64,000 nucleotides of DNA from the human T2T-CHM13v2.0 reference genome, Homo sapiens. This document shows, piece by piece, positions 26,852-40,840 of the stretch; position 1 is the first letter of the stretch, and the number at the start of each line of letters is the position of its first letter. A program made the translations under genes and the position numbers. The notes under the pieces were generated by a model that did no database searches, was not told the origin of the DNA, and saw only the letters and a program-made list of their open reading frames with translations. The stretch lies in the NCBI RefSeq assembly GCF_009914755.1, contig NC_060925.1; one strand, written 5' to 3'.

Positions 26852-27464
26852 TCCTACTTGACCACAGGGTGCAACCCATCTCTGGGAACCCTAGCCCTAT
26901 TCTTGAGAAGTTCTGAGAACTGTCACAGACAATGGCTTCAAGTTGGAAAACACAATAAACTAGATGCAACACAGAAAGAACAGGGAGTATTGTATTTTGA
27001 GGATGATAAAACGAACAAAGAGGTAAGAAAAAATAGTGATGGGAGACTATATAAGGACATTTGCTGAAAGTCCTCCCAATTGAAAAGCAATGATTCTGTA
27101 AGTTCTTAGCTCACCTTGTTGACAACTTCCTTTCTCAGAACACAGAGCTAGTGACAAGTTAAACAGTCCATCTGTTGTAATTGTAATCCACAAGAATTGA
27201 ATTGTAATCTACAAGAACTGGGTGAAGCGTAACTAGGGCCCATGATAGAGAAAGGGAGGACGGTTGGACAAAACAACAAAAATACTCCATGTTTTAAGGG
27301 GGTAAATGTAAGTCCCAGAGAAAATAAACAATTCCATTGCTTGATCCCCAGAGCAGGTAATTTGGAGACTATAAAAAGAAGATAATAGAAGAGAGTTGGC
27401 AAGATTTTCAAAGTGAACCCTTCATCCTAATGAAAAATAACAAGGGAAGAAGGTCACAAGGAAT

Positions 27465-28632
27465 ATTTGCTGGTTTCCTCTTCAGTATCCATTCTATCCT
27501 TCTCATGTCAAAAATAAATTTTGTGAAGGTTAATATTAGGTGTCAACTTGACTTGATTGAGGGATGCCTAGATGGCTGATGAAGCATTGTTCCTGGGTGT
27601 GTCTGTGAGTGTGCTTCCAGAGAAGACTGACATTGGAGTCAGTGAACTGGGAGATGAAGACCCACCCTCACTGTAGGTGGGCACCATCCAACTAGCTGCT
27701 AGCACAGCTAGAATAATGCAAGTGAAAGAAGGTGGATAAGTAGCTTGCTTGCTGAGTTTGCTTGCTCTCTCACTTTTGGTACCATGCTAGACACTTAGCT
27801 GTCCTTGGACATCAGATTCCAGGTTCTTCAACCTTTGGACTCTGGGACTTGCACGAGCAGCATCCCAGGGGCTCTGGGGCCTTCAGCCTCAGACCGAGGG
27901 CCACACTGTTGGGCTTCCCTGGTTTTGAGGCTTTCAGACTTGGACTGAACCATGGTACTGGCTTCTCTGTTTCCCCAGCTTGCAGACAGCCTAACGTGGG
28001 ACTTCGCTTTGTAATCATGTGAGCCAATTCTCCCTAATAAACTCATATATGTTTTATATATATATATATAAAAAATTGGGTCTGTTCCTATGGAGAGCTC
28101 TGACCAATATATCTTTGTTTTCAATTGTGGAATTCATCTCTTCCTTCATTCATAGATCAGTGAATTAAGATTCCCAAATGCCATGGTCAGCCCTTCATAG
28201 TTCCCCAGTCACACAGATTGGTTTACAGGTGAGCATTAGCTCAAGTAGAAGAAATAAGACTTTAAAAGTTGTTTTCTAAGATTTTTGCCTAAGAAACTCC
28301 TCTTTATTCTTCTGCAAAGTAATCAGAAAAGACTTTTTCCTTCCTCTGTATAAATAGCCACATGAATAGGGAAGAATGTAGAACCAGGATTTACTGGAAA
28401 TCATATTCCAACTATGAGGGGAAATATGTCTCTTTCTTGAGACTTAGAAATAACATTAAATAAATAGAGCCAAGATATAGAGAGAAAGGAAATAAGTCCT
28501 AGTTTTAAGCTGTACCTGAAGCTTTACCTCAATACATGTTACTTACATAAGCTAATGAGTTTGCCTTATTGTTTAAATAAGTCTGAGTTGAGTTGTCTGT
28601 TTCTTACAACATAAGGAATCCTTGTGAATACA
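27465..28632 (+). mobile_element. ERVL LTR16-like solo LTR, interrupted by MLT2
   Basis: cagtatccattc start; cccagtcacacagattggttt; 3' end ttattgtttaaataagtctgagttgagtt...cttacaac...gaataca. Confidence 0.55.
27522..28111 (+). mobile_element. ERVL MLT2 (A/B-like) solo LTR
   Basis: tgtgaaggttaatattaggtgtcaacttgac...gtgggcaccatccaa...gtgagccaattctccctaataaactc...ctctgaccaatata. Confidence 0.9.
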
Positions 28633-28894
28633 GGCTATAAGAGCTGCACAGGAAAGAGATCAAATTTTTGGTGACATCAGATTTTTAAAAGATAGGGGGA
28701 GAGGACACATAGACAAGGACAAAGACAAAAGTAGATCTTTTTAGTAAAAAGGTATTAAAATGTTTAATGCTTAAATAGAGAGAAGCCTGAAAATGATAAT
28801 GTTAACAAAATACTCTTAAAATTATGTTTAGAACAAAAAGAGAAAATAGGCTGCAGTTTACTATTAATAAATGGCAAATAAATGGCAAAAAATG

Positions 28895-31800
28895 ATTCTG
28901 ATAAAACCTTCAAAGCAGCTATAATAAATACATTGAAAGAACTTAAAGAATCTGTGTTAAAAGAATTAAAGTAAAACATAACAATGACTCAACAAATAGG
29001 AAATCTCAACAGAGAAGTAGAAACTATAAAAGAGAACCAAATAAAAATTCTAGAGTTGAAAAGTACAATAGCTGAAATGAAAAATTCATTAAGCTCAGCA
29101 GCATATTTGAAATGTAAGAAGAAAAATCAGTAAACTCAAAGATAGATCAATAGAAACTATCCAGTCCAAGGAACCTATCTTTTCTGTTCAAAAGCTTAAA
29201 GAAAAATGAGCAGAGTTTCAGAGATCTGTGAAACAATATCAAGCTTATTAATATATGTGTAATGGGAATTCTAGAAAGATAAAAAAAGGACAGAAAAGTA
29301 TGTGAAGAAATAATGGCTGAAAACTTCTCAAATTTGAAGAAAATCATTAATTTACATACTTAAGAAACTCAACAAGTTTCGAAAAGAAAAAAATACAAAG
29401 AGATCCACACCTAGAAACATTATATTCGAATTACTGAAAATCATCAAAAGACAAAGGAAAAATCTTTAAAGCAGTGCAGTAAAAGAAAAACACCTTATGT
29501 ACACAGCATCAACAACTTCATTAATAACATACATCATTAGAAATAATGTAGGTCAGGAGCCATTAGAAAGACATATTCAAATTCCTGAAAGAAAAAAAAT
29601 TCAACAAAGATCTTTATATCCAATAAAGCTATTCTTCAAAATAAAGATACTTCAAGGTAAAATAACTGATGTAAGTTATTGCTAACAGACCTATCCCATA
29701 TGAAATACTAAAGAAAGTCTTTCAGGCTGAAAAGAAATAGCAACCTACAATAAATGAAATAACACACAGAAAAGGAAATATTAATTATCAAAACAGAAAT
29801 CAATAAAATAGGAAAGAGAATAAGAAATAATAAAACCAAAAGTTCGTTATTTGAAAAAAATCAACCAAACTGATAAATCCTTAGCTACAGCAGAAAAATA
29901 AGACAGAAGACACAAATTACTAAAATTGGAATAAAAAATGGGAGATCATTATAGACATGACAAATAAAAAAGGACTATAAGAGAACAATTTTATTCCAAC
30001 AAATTAGACAAACTAAATAAAATAGACAATTTCCTAGAAGAACACAAATTACCAAAACTGTCTTCAGAAGAAATAGAATATCTGAGTCCACATATATCAA
30101 ACAAAGAACATGAAAAAGGAATTTTGAAGTCTTCTCAACACTCCATCACACACACATATAAACTTCAGATTACACTGATTAAATTCCAAAAATATTGAAG
30201 GAAGAAATAATATCAATCCTTTCAGAAAATAGAGAATTTCTCAACTTGTTTTATGAGGCCAGTATTGCCCTGATACCAAAGCCAGACAGAGACATCACAA
30301 AAAATTCAACTACAGACCAATAGCCCTAATGGATATAGATGCAAAAATTCTTCAGAAAATATTAGCACATCAAATCCAGCAACACATTAAAAAAAAGTTA
30401 TGCACTAAAGCCAAGCAGGAGTTATCAAGAAAAGATTGGCTTAAGATCCAAGATCAATTAATGTTAACATACCATATTAATAAAATAAAGAACAAAAACC
30501 ATGATTATTTAAATTGACACAGAAAAAGTATTTGACAAAACTCAACACCCAGTAATAATTAAAAAGGAAAAAGAAATACTTTAAACAAAATAGGAATAGG
30601 ATGTTTCTACAACCCTACAAAAGTTATCTATGAAAAACGTACAGTTAAATCATACTTAATGGTGAAAGACTGAATACTTTCCCCCCTAACTAAGATCAGG
30701 AACATGGCAAGAATGTTTACTCTCACCACTTCTATTTAAAGTTGTATGGAAGGTTCTAGCCAGTACAGTTAGGCAAGAAAAATAAATTAAAGGACTCATT
30801 GGAATGGAAGAAGTAAAATTACCTTTCCTGGATAACACAATTTTGTATAGAAAATCCTAAGAAACTTATTTTTAAAATCTGCTTAAACCAATCAGCAAGT
30901 TTTGCAAGGTCACAGGATACAAGTTTTTATACAAGATATACAAAAAACAATTGTGTCCTATATAACAATTCTAAAACATAAGAAAATAATTCTATTAACA
31001 ATAGCATCAAAAAGAATAAAGTACTTAGAAATATATTTAATAAAAGAAGTGGAACTCCTGAAAACTAAAAAATATTGCTAACAAATTTTTAATAGACCTA
31101 AATAAATGAAGAGATATATCATTTTCATAGATCGGAAAATCAATATTGCTAAGATGGCAATTCTCCCCAAATTAATCTATAAATCAATGTAATCCCTATC
31201 AAAATCCCCACAGGAACCCTTGTAGAAATTAACTATCTTAATTTAGGTAGAAATATAGAGAACCAAGATTAGACACAACAACTTTGAACAAGCAGAACAA
31301 AGCTGGGGGACTTAAACTGCCTGGTTTCAAAACTTATAAAGTTATGGTAATCACATCAATGTGGTATTGGCAAAATGATGCTAATACCATATTGACAAAT
31401 GGATCAGTAGAAAAGAATAGAGTCTTGATATAAAACCTTCACATTTATGGTAAGTAAGACAATTCAATAAAGAAAGGATAGTCTTTTCAACAAATGGTGC
31501 TGAACAATTGGCTATCCATATGTAAAAAAGGAACTTTTATCTCTTGGAAGAAAAGGAGGAGGAGGAGAAAGAACTTACACCTTTACCTAGCACCATACAC
31601 AAAAATTAATTTAAAATGAATTTCAGTCCTGAATGTAATAACTAAAACTAAAACCTTATAAAGAAAATATAGGGGCAAATTTTTGTGACCTTAAGGCAGA
31701 TAAAGCTTTCATAAATATAATACCAAAGGCAAAACCCATTCAAAAAAATTGACAAATCTGACCTCATCAAAACTGAAAACTTTTGTTCTCCAAAAGACAT

Positions 31801-32400
31801 CATTAATGAAATGAAAAGCCAAGCCACAAATAGGCAGATAATATTCGCAAATGCTATAGCTGATAAAGGACTTTCACCTGGAATATATAAAGAACTTTAG
31901 CAACTCAATAACAAGAAGACAGACAAACCAATTTTAAAAGAGGGGAAAAAACTGAACAGACATTTTATTAAAGAGAAATATAAATGGCTAATAAATACAT
32001 GAAAAATGTTCAACATCATTAGTTACTAGGCAAATACAAATTTAAACCACAATGAATACCACTAAACATCCATTAAAAATGGCTGTAATCAAAAACTGTG
32101 ACAATGCCAAATGTTAGCAAGGATGTGAAGAAACTGCACCCCATACATTGCTGCTGGGAATGTAAAATGATATCGCCATTTTGGAAAACAGTTTGGCAGT
32201 TGTTGTTTTTTTAAGGTAAACATAAATCTATCATAGGACCCAGTAATTCCATTGCTCTGCATCTACAGAAAAGAAATCAAAATCTATGTGCACACAAAGC
32301 CTTCTACATGAGTGGTCCTCAATAGCAAAAACAAATGTAGTACTGTGCTATTACACTTAAAAACACAGATGGACCTCAAAATCATTATGTTGAGAGAAAA
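28895..32400 (+). mobile_element. Old L1M (L1MC/MD/ME-like) with ORF1 remnant and internally deleted ORF2; tail resumes at ~36590-36680
   Basis: ORF1-like 28900-29730 (aaattctagagttgaaaagtacaata); ORF2-like MDIDAKILQKILAHQIQQHIKK at 30329. Heavily diverged. Confidence 0.8.
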
Positions 32401-32999
32401 ATAAATGTTTTCAACAGAATGAAGGACAAAAAAATATGATCATCTCAGTAGATGCATAAAACGCATTTGATAAAATTCAAACCCCTTCGTGATAAAAACT
32501 CTCAACAAACTAGGCAGAGAAAGAACATACCTCAACATAATAAAGACCATATATCACAAACCCATAGTTAACATCACACTGTGTGGTGAAAAGTTGAAAG
32601 CCTTTTCTCTAAGAACTGGAACTAGGCAAGAATGCTCGCTTCACCACCCTTATTTGTCATAGTACTGGAAGTCCTAGCCAGAGCAATCGGGCAAGAGAAA
32701 GAAAAGAGAAAGTCAAATTGTTCATCTTTGTAGATTACATAATTTTATTATATTTAGAAAATCTTATATAATCCACCAAAAACTCTTTGATCTAATCAAT
32801 AAATTCAGTAAAGTTGCAGGATATAAAATCAGCATACTCAACATACAAAAATCAGTAGGGTTCTAAATACAAATAACAAACTATCTGAAAAAGGTGTTAG
32901 GAAGGCAATCTCATTTAAAATAACTACCAAAAAAATGCCTAGGAATAAATTTAACCAAAGAGGTAGAAGACCTCTACAAGAAAACCTACAAAACTCTGA

Positions 33000-33003
33000 T
33001 AGA

Positions 33004-33034
<31 letters not shown>

Positions 33035-33058
33035 ATACATACATACATACATACATAG
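33000..33058. repeat. (TAAA)n(TACA)n compound microsatellite
   Basis: Seen directly, inside the L1MA. Confidence 0.95.
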
Positions 33059-34279
33059 GACACAAACAAATCAAAAGACAGCCTATGCTCATGGATTGGA
33101 AGAATCATTATTGTTAAAATGACCATACTACCCAAAGCAATCTATAGATTAAATGCAATCCCTATCAAAATGCCAATGACATTTTTAACAGAAATAGGAA
33201 AAATAATCCTAAAATTTATATGGATCCAAAAAGAGCCCAGATAGCCAAAGCAATTCTGAGCAAAAAGAACAAAAGTGGAGGTATCACACTACCTGACTTC
33301 AAAATATATTTCCAGGCTATAGTAACCAAACAATATGATATTGGTATAAAAACAGACACATAGCCCAATGGGACAAAATAGAGAACCCAGAAATAAACAC
33401 ATGGATTTATGGCTAACTAATTTTCGACAAAGGCACCAAGAACCTATATTAGGGATAGGACACAGTCTTCAATAAAGAGTGCTTGGAAAACTGAATATCC
33501 ATATGCAGAAGAATGAAACTAGAGCCCTATCTCTCACCATATACAAAAATCAACTCAAAATAGATTAAAGACTTAAATGTAGAAACCAAAACTATAAAAC
33601 TACTAGAAGAAAACAGAAAAACTCTTCAGGATGCTGGTCTGGCCATGGCTAAGACCCCAAAAGCACAAGGAACAAAAAACAAAATAGACAAATGGGACTA
33701 TATTAAACTAAAGGAAATAATCAACAGGGCGAAGAGGCAACCTGATGAATGGGAGAAAATATCTGCAACATATTCATCTGAGAAGGGACTAATTTCTAGA
33801 ATACACAGGGAACTCAAGCAACTCAACAGCAAAAAAAACAAAAAAAATTCTGCTAAAAAGTAGGCAAAGAATCTCAATAAACATTTCTTACAAGAAGACA
33901 TACAAATGGTAAACCGGCATATGAAAAAATGCTCAGCATCACTAATCATCAGGGAAATGCAAATTAAAAACACAATGAGATATCATCTTATCCCAGTTAG
34001 AATGCCTATTATCAGAAAGACAAAAAAAAAATAGATGCAGAGAAAAGGGAATTCTTATACACTGTTAGTGGGAATGTAAATTAATACAGCCATTATAGAA
34101 AACAGTATGTAGATTTCTCAAAAAACTACAAATAGAACTACCATACAATTCAGGAACCTGACTACTGAGTATTTATCCAAAGGAAAAGAAATTAGTACAT
34201 CAAAAAGATACATACACTCCCATGTTTATTGCAGCATTATTCAGAATAGCAAATATATGGAATTAACCTAAGTGTTCAT

Positions 34280-36029
34280 ATAAAAAAGATTAAAATACCT
34301 AGGAATATAGCTAATCAGGAAGGTGAAAGTTCTCTACAATGAGAATTACAAAACATGACTCAAGGAAATCAGAGATGACACAAACAAATGGAAGAATATT
34401 CCATGCTCCTGAATAGGAAGAATCAATATCATTAAAATGGCCATACTGCTCAAAGCAATTTACAGATTCAATGCTATTCCTATCAAACTACCAATGATGT
34501 TCTCCACAGAACTAAAAATAACTATTTTTAAATTCATATAGAACCAAAAAAGAGCCCAAATAGCCAAGGCAATCCTAAGCGAAAAGAACAAAGCTGGAGG
34601 CATCACACTACCCAACTTCAAACTATACTACAGGGCTACAGTAACCAAAACAGCATGGTACTGGTACAAAAACAGACACATAGACCAATGGAACAGAATA
34701 GAAAGCCCAGAAAGAAGGCTACATGTCTATGATCATCTGATCTTTGACAAACCTGACAAAAATAAGCAGTGAAGAAAGGACTCCCTATTCAGTAAATGGT
34801 GCTGGGATAACTGGCTAGCCAAGTGCAGAAGACTGAAACTGGACCCCTTCTTTACACCATATATGAAAATCAACTCAAGATGAATAAAGACTTAAATGTG
34901 AAACTCAAAACTATAAAAACCCCGGAAGACAACCTAGATTATACCATTTTGGACACAGGAATGGGCAAAGATTTCATGACAAAGATGCCAAAAGCAATGG
35001 CAACAAAGGCAAAAATTGATAAATGGGATCTAATTAAACTTAAGAGCTTCTGCACAGCAAAAGAAACCATCAACAGACTAAATAGACAACCAACAAAATG
35101 GGGGAAAATATTTGCAAACTATGCATCTGACAAAGTTCTAATATCCAGCATCTATAAGGAATTTAAACAAATTTACAAGAAAAAAAACCCCATTGAAAAG
35201 TGGACAAAGGACATAAACAGACACTTTTCAAAAGAAGACATACACATGGCCAACAAGCATATATTAAAAAGCTCAATATCACTGATCATTAGAGAAATGC
35301 AAATCAAATGAGATACCATTTCACATCAGTCAGAATGGCCATTATTAAAAAATCAAAAAATAACAGATGCTGGTGAGGTTGCAGAGAAAAGGGAACATTT
35401 ATACACCGTTGGTGGGAGTGTAAATTAGTTAAACCTTTGTGGAAAGCAGTGTGGTAATTCCTCAAAGAGCTAAAAACAGAACTACCATTTGACCCAGCAA
35501 TCCCGTTACTTATACTGAGAAGAATATAAGTCATTCTACTATAAAGACACATATACAAATGTTCATTGCAGCACTATTCACAATGGCAAAGACATGGAAT
35601 CAACCTAAATGCCCATCAGTGACAGACTGGATAAAGAAAATGTGGTACATGTACACCATGGAATACTATGAAGCCATAAAAAAGAACAAGATTGTGTCTT
35701 TTGTGAGAAGATAAATGGAGCTGGAGGCCATTATCCTTAGCAAACTAGTGCAGGAACAGAAAACCAAATACCACATGTTCTCACTTGTAAATGGGAGCTA
35801 AATGATGAGAACTCATGGACACAATGAACGGAACAACAGAAATTGGGGCCTAATTGAGGGTGGAGGGTGGGAGGAGGAAGGGAAGGAGAGGAGCAGGGAA
35901 AATACCTATTGGGTGCTAGGCTCAGTACCTGGGTGATGAAATAATCTGTAAAACAAACCCCCATGACATGAGTTTACTTATATAACAAACCTATACATGT
36001 ACCCCTGAACCTAAAATAAAAAATAAAAA
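34280..36029 (+). mobile_element. 5'-truncated L1PA13-16-like element
   Basis: ORF2 C-terminal fragment 34823-35311 ([18 protein letters not shown]). 3'UTR gtacctgggtgatgaaataatctgt...catgtacccctgaacctaaaataaaa. Confidence 0.9.
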
Positions 36030-36854
36030 CAGAAAATGTGGAATATATACACAATGGAATATTATTCAGCCATTAAAAGAATGAAATTCTGTCATTTGCA
36101 GCAACATAGATGGAACTTGAGGCCATTATGTCAATTGAAATAAACTAGACATGGAAAGACAAATAGTTCATGTTTTGTCTCATATGTGGGAGAAAAAAAA
36201 AAGCTGATCGCATGGAGGAAAGAGAGTAGAATGTCAGCTACCAAACACTGGGAATGGTGTAGGTGTGGGGAGCCAGGGGCAGGGCAGTGGAGAGATAATG
36301 AGAGTTTGGTTAATGGGTATAAACATACAGTTAGATAGAAGAAATGAGTTCTAATGTTTGATAGTATGGTAGTGTGACTATAGTTAACAGCAATGCATTT
36401 TGCATTTCAAAATAGCTAAAAGAGAGGACTTTAAATATTCCCAACATATAGAAATGATACATGATCAAGGTGATAAATACTCTAAATATCAACTTGACCA
36501 TTACACATTCTATGCATGTAACAAAATAGCATACGTACCCCATAAATATGTGCAAACATTTTGTATTCATTTAAAATTAAAAAAAAACACTATGCTGAGT
36601 GAAAAAGAAAAACAGATACAAACAACTATATGAGTGGAAAAGCCAGAGGTAGGAAAAAGGATTTAACTGAACAAGGCAGCTGTCAGAGTCACTGAGACCT
36701 CAGTCCATGCCCTCTGCAATCAGCACAGACTCCCAGAAAACGAAGTTCCTGTAGATAACACTGTCAGGGCAATGGTGAAGAGCTCAAATTAAGACTGAGA
36801 AAATGCAGGAGGCTAGAATTATTTATTTATTTGTGATTATGATGGTACAGATGA

Positions 36855-37105
36855 TGGCAATAAGTTGCCATTTATTGAGTGCTGACTCTGACAAGCAGGA
36901 ATTTATCAAAGCCCTTTACCAATGTCACATTTAACTCTCACAACAGCCATAAATGGTAGGCCTTATGTGGCTTCCTCAATAAAATGGAAATCGTAAACTC
37001 AAAGAGGTGAAATGACTTTTCCAGAGTCATGCAACAAGCAAATGGCAAAACCAGGATTTAAATCTGGGTCTGTTTGACTCTCAAGCCCTTGCTTTTACCC
37101 ACTAT
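36855..37105 (-). mobile_element. MIR SINE
   Basis: catttattgagtgct...ctcacaacagc...agaggtgaaatgacttttccagagtcatgc...ggatttaaatctgggtctgtttgactc. Confidence 0.8.
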
Positions 37106-38329
37106 CCATATTGTCTGTCCCATGACACAAACATTTGCAGAGTACCTACTATCTAAAATTCAGAAAATTTATGTACACAGTTATAGTCAGGACCCCTGTT
37201 CTTATTTCACAGAGCATAAGATAGGTACACAAACTGCTATTTGGAAAAATTCTGAAGACTCCCCACATTTAGTCAACAGTGCCCCAGAGCCCAGCTTCCC
37301 TTCTTACTTCAAGCCCAGTAGGAATCTTCACTTCAGGATTTAATCCCTCTTCTCCCTAAAAAGATAAGAAATGTCCAAGAAATCTACCCAGTTCCAGCAC
37401 TCAAAGGAAAATTTGTCACAGAGACAATATCTAGGGAGTGGAGAGATGACTAAATTTAGGTGTTGTTAACTTCCTCTTAAACAATGTTAAGCTGGAGGAA
37501 AGTGGGGTTTGAGTTGGCAGATCTAACAATGTTTCAGAGGGAGGAAGGCATGGGCATATTAAAGCTCACAACATTAAACTCACAACCTTGTCTATATAAG
37601 TAGGATGTGCAAAAAATCCAATAGGCTCTGATTACCAGGAGATGGTAGTGCACTAGTCTCATGTGCATCCTGATTGAAAATTCAGCTGCATAACCTTCCA
37701 TGAACTGTTTATCTTATGTACTTATTTAACTAACATTCAAACTGACAAGACTCCTACTTCTGGGCCTTCTTTTTATACTTTCATGTACGAACGATCAGAT
37801 GAAGCTCAGATACCACAAACTTTGCATGTTTTTGATTTTGCACATAAACTGAAGGTTAGAATTCTAGTCTGTGTCCTCAGTCATTCAATTTTTTTAGATC
37901 TTTGAACATGACTTCAAACCCTGCCAAAACACAACCCAAATACAGGCTTGCTTCTATGTCTGTACAAATACGTAAAAGAAATGGGTATGTCAACTTTCAA
38001 TGGATACCAGCCTAATTGAAGCTTTAACTACTGTCAGGGAACAAAGGCAGCCAGAGCTAACTAAGTCTGCTTTGTTCAAGGGTAAGGAGACATTCAGAAA
38101 GATGAGGAATGAATAAGTGCAGGTAGCACAATGGAAACAAATCCAAAACTTCACTGGCCACTACAATATACACCAACTTCTCCTTATTCTGATCTCCTAC
38201 TGCACTTACAACCATACCCAACTGCAGCAAAATATTTAATCACACACACTGTATGAAAAGTATTGGTTATTGTTTCGTGCATATGTCTTACAAATAAAAA
38301 ATACTATAGTTGTATATTTCATCATTTTA

Positions 38330-38520
38330 ATACTATCTCATTTTATCTCTAAAATGGCCTATTGAGGTAGATATATCATATAGAACCCTTGATTTCACAG
38401 ATGAAGAAATCGAGCCTGGAGATTTCATTTATGCATCAGTATTCATTAAGCAGAGAGCTGAGAATCTACGCCCATCTTGGGCTCCAGGTCTGTTGCTCTT
38501 TCCCTGTTATCACACCACCT
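38330..38520 (-). mobile_element. MIR fragment
   Basis: atttcacagatgaagaaatcgagcctggaga...gcagagagctgagaatctacgccca. Confidence 0.55.
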
Positions 38521-39840
38521 TAACATGAGAGCAGTGAGACACCTGCATTTCCCCGTAACACAAAGCTGCAGAGATGCTCAATGAATACTTTCTCACATGA
38601 CTCCTACTTCTACCCCTCCGCAGGTAAAGCAATCTGTGGCAGAGGAAGCACTCACTTTTTAATTTGTCTGTACAAGTCCATTAGACCTCAAGAGTAGTGT
38701 GAGTTGGGAGAAAACATAATCTTTCAGCTTTCAGGCTGATTATGACTGACTCCAGAATTCTTTAAATGTTCAGAGAATATATGGTCTTAACTGTCCATGT
38801 CTCAGGGCCAAGCCATATCCTCCCCTGCTGCCGCTTGCACAGGGTGGTGGACTACTAAATGGTGACAATTCATCCAGAGTAGGAAATCTGAAGTCCAATA
38901 GAGGCACTAGGATTTTCATATAATTGATATAGTTAGCTCCTTTTCCCCCATTTTTCCACGACCCTTCTTAGACCCAGCTATTTTGTCTCTACATTCCAAT
39001 CTTTCTCTCCTGAGTGGTTTTCCTCCTGCTGGGTCACTCTGGAAACATTGTAATAGGTGTTACAACAGCTTTTTTCCATTATATTTCACCAAAACAAAAA
39101 GACATAGTTCACCGAGAACAACACACAATCAATTTGACTGGAATCGTGTTGACTGGCCACTGGTCTTAACTCCTCCACCATTACTCTATCCGAAAAGCCA
39201 AAATTATTGAATGTTATACAAACAAGATAAAAAGTGGTAGATTATTAGGAACAACTCTGTTAGGTTCCGAGAATTCATGTTACAAGGCCAACATCACAGT
39301 TGTGCAGCATCAAAAAGAGAAAACAGAACCTGAGGGCCATGATCTCCAAGGTATCCCTTTTGCTATCTAGTTCTGTATCCTGGTTGCTTAATGCCACAGC
39401 TTATAAGATGGATGGTACCTTACATTTCATGTCTCCTTCCCGCACCCATAGCCTCCGAACAAAACTGACTTGGGTCCTGCTCAAGCAAGGAATTGCCCTC
39501 TGCTTCTTAATCTGACAATTGCTAAGGCATTTTTATGTACAGCGTATGCACAGGTTAATTTGTTTCCCATTCTAGGTAACATATGTGCATTTTAATAAAA
39601 GCTTTCTAAAATCTATGCCTTATCTCAAAGGCATGGATTTAAAGGTGAGAATTTCAAACAATAGGGCAGGGGACCCTCTGATCACGTCATGCTTTCAAGA
39701 CAACTGCCTCTTCCACCCTCACTGGACATAAGCTCCAAATGATTCAAATGCTAATAAGCACTGGGTAACACTTGTTTACCATACTTTTCACCAAAGCAAA
39801 TAGACTACAGGTCAGATCACTTTTCCTCTCAGTGTTTTTG

Positions 39841-40001
39841 TGCAGCAAGTCTGTGAAGCAAGGCCTGGTGTTGCAGAACATCTCCTGAAGGTTTCAGCAC
39901 AGCTTCACCGAGTTCTCAAACCAGCCAGGGAATTTGGAAGCAGTTGTGCTAGATATTTGTTCCCCTCCTTTCCTCAAAGATGTTCACTGTTTGAGACCTC
40001 A
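39841..40001. repeat. Copy 1 of a 161-bp local direct repeat (derived copy, flanked by ~27-bp direct repeats)
   Basis: Ungapped 141/161 identity (hand count) to 40841-41001. Confidence 0.95.
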
Positions 40002-40840
40002 GATTACTTTCCTCTCAGTATTTTTCCTTTAAATTCAAGGTGGACAGATTTGATGTAAATCATTGAGCATGTATTTGGACACCTTTTTTGTGTTGGCCTG
40101 TGTTCCATGCTAGGAGTACAAAAATCAGGGATAGCCCCTGCCCTCAGAGATCAATGTTTTGAACTAACCATTCACTCAGTTTGCTTAATAAGTCTGTTTT
40201 TTTTTTAAGTTAGAATATTGTTTGAGTTTTTCATTAAAATTTTAAAAAACATCCTCCATCACCACCATCAATTTACTTTAGAATCCCTTAATACAATGAA
40301 GTTAATAAACTCACCCACATTTTGAGGATAAACTTAACCCCTAGGGATTGTGTGAGGCAAAACTTAAATCCCAAAAGACAATGTGTGGCAGAGGCACAGC
40401 TGACAATGTACACAGGTTTATAACATCACCTCCCTGAGCAGTTCCAAAAAGCCAGATTTCCACATTGGCTTTTGGGTTTCTACGCAAAGCAGATAAGTAG
40501 AAATTGCTTATCATCTATTATAGGGTGGTGTTTTGATCCTTCTGGCTTTCGCTTCTTTTTAATAGTATCGAAAATTCCTGTGGTTCAGTCCCCATTGCCT
40601 CTAGGCCAAGAACAGTAGTCCCCTAGTGCCCTGTAGACACTTTATATTCCTAGACACCCACCTCATTAATGACTCTATGAAGGTTTTTCAGGAATGTCTG
40701 TGCTCTCCCATGGTCCTCTTTTTACAGCATTATTTCTTTTCTCTCTTCCTTTGTCTATTGCATAACTCTGCTTTTCTTTCTCACAAACAAACATCACCCT
40801 ACCATCCTATTTGGACTTCAGAACTACTTTCTACTTACCC

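Larger units (their letters stand above)
32401..36588 (+). mobile_element. 5'-truncated L1MA (L1MA4-like), split by an L1PA at 34280-36029
   Basis: ORF2 3' half ([23 protein letters not shown]) at 32408-34279. L1MA-type 3'UTR at 36030-36588 ending in an A-tail. Decayed TSD AAAATCATTATGTTGAGAGAAAA / AAAAACACTATGCTGAGTGAAAA. Confidence 0.85.
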
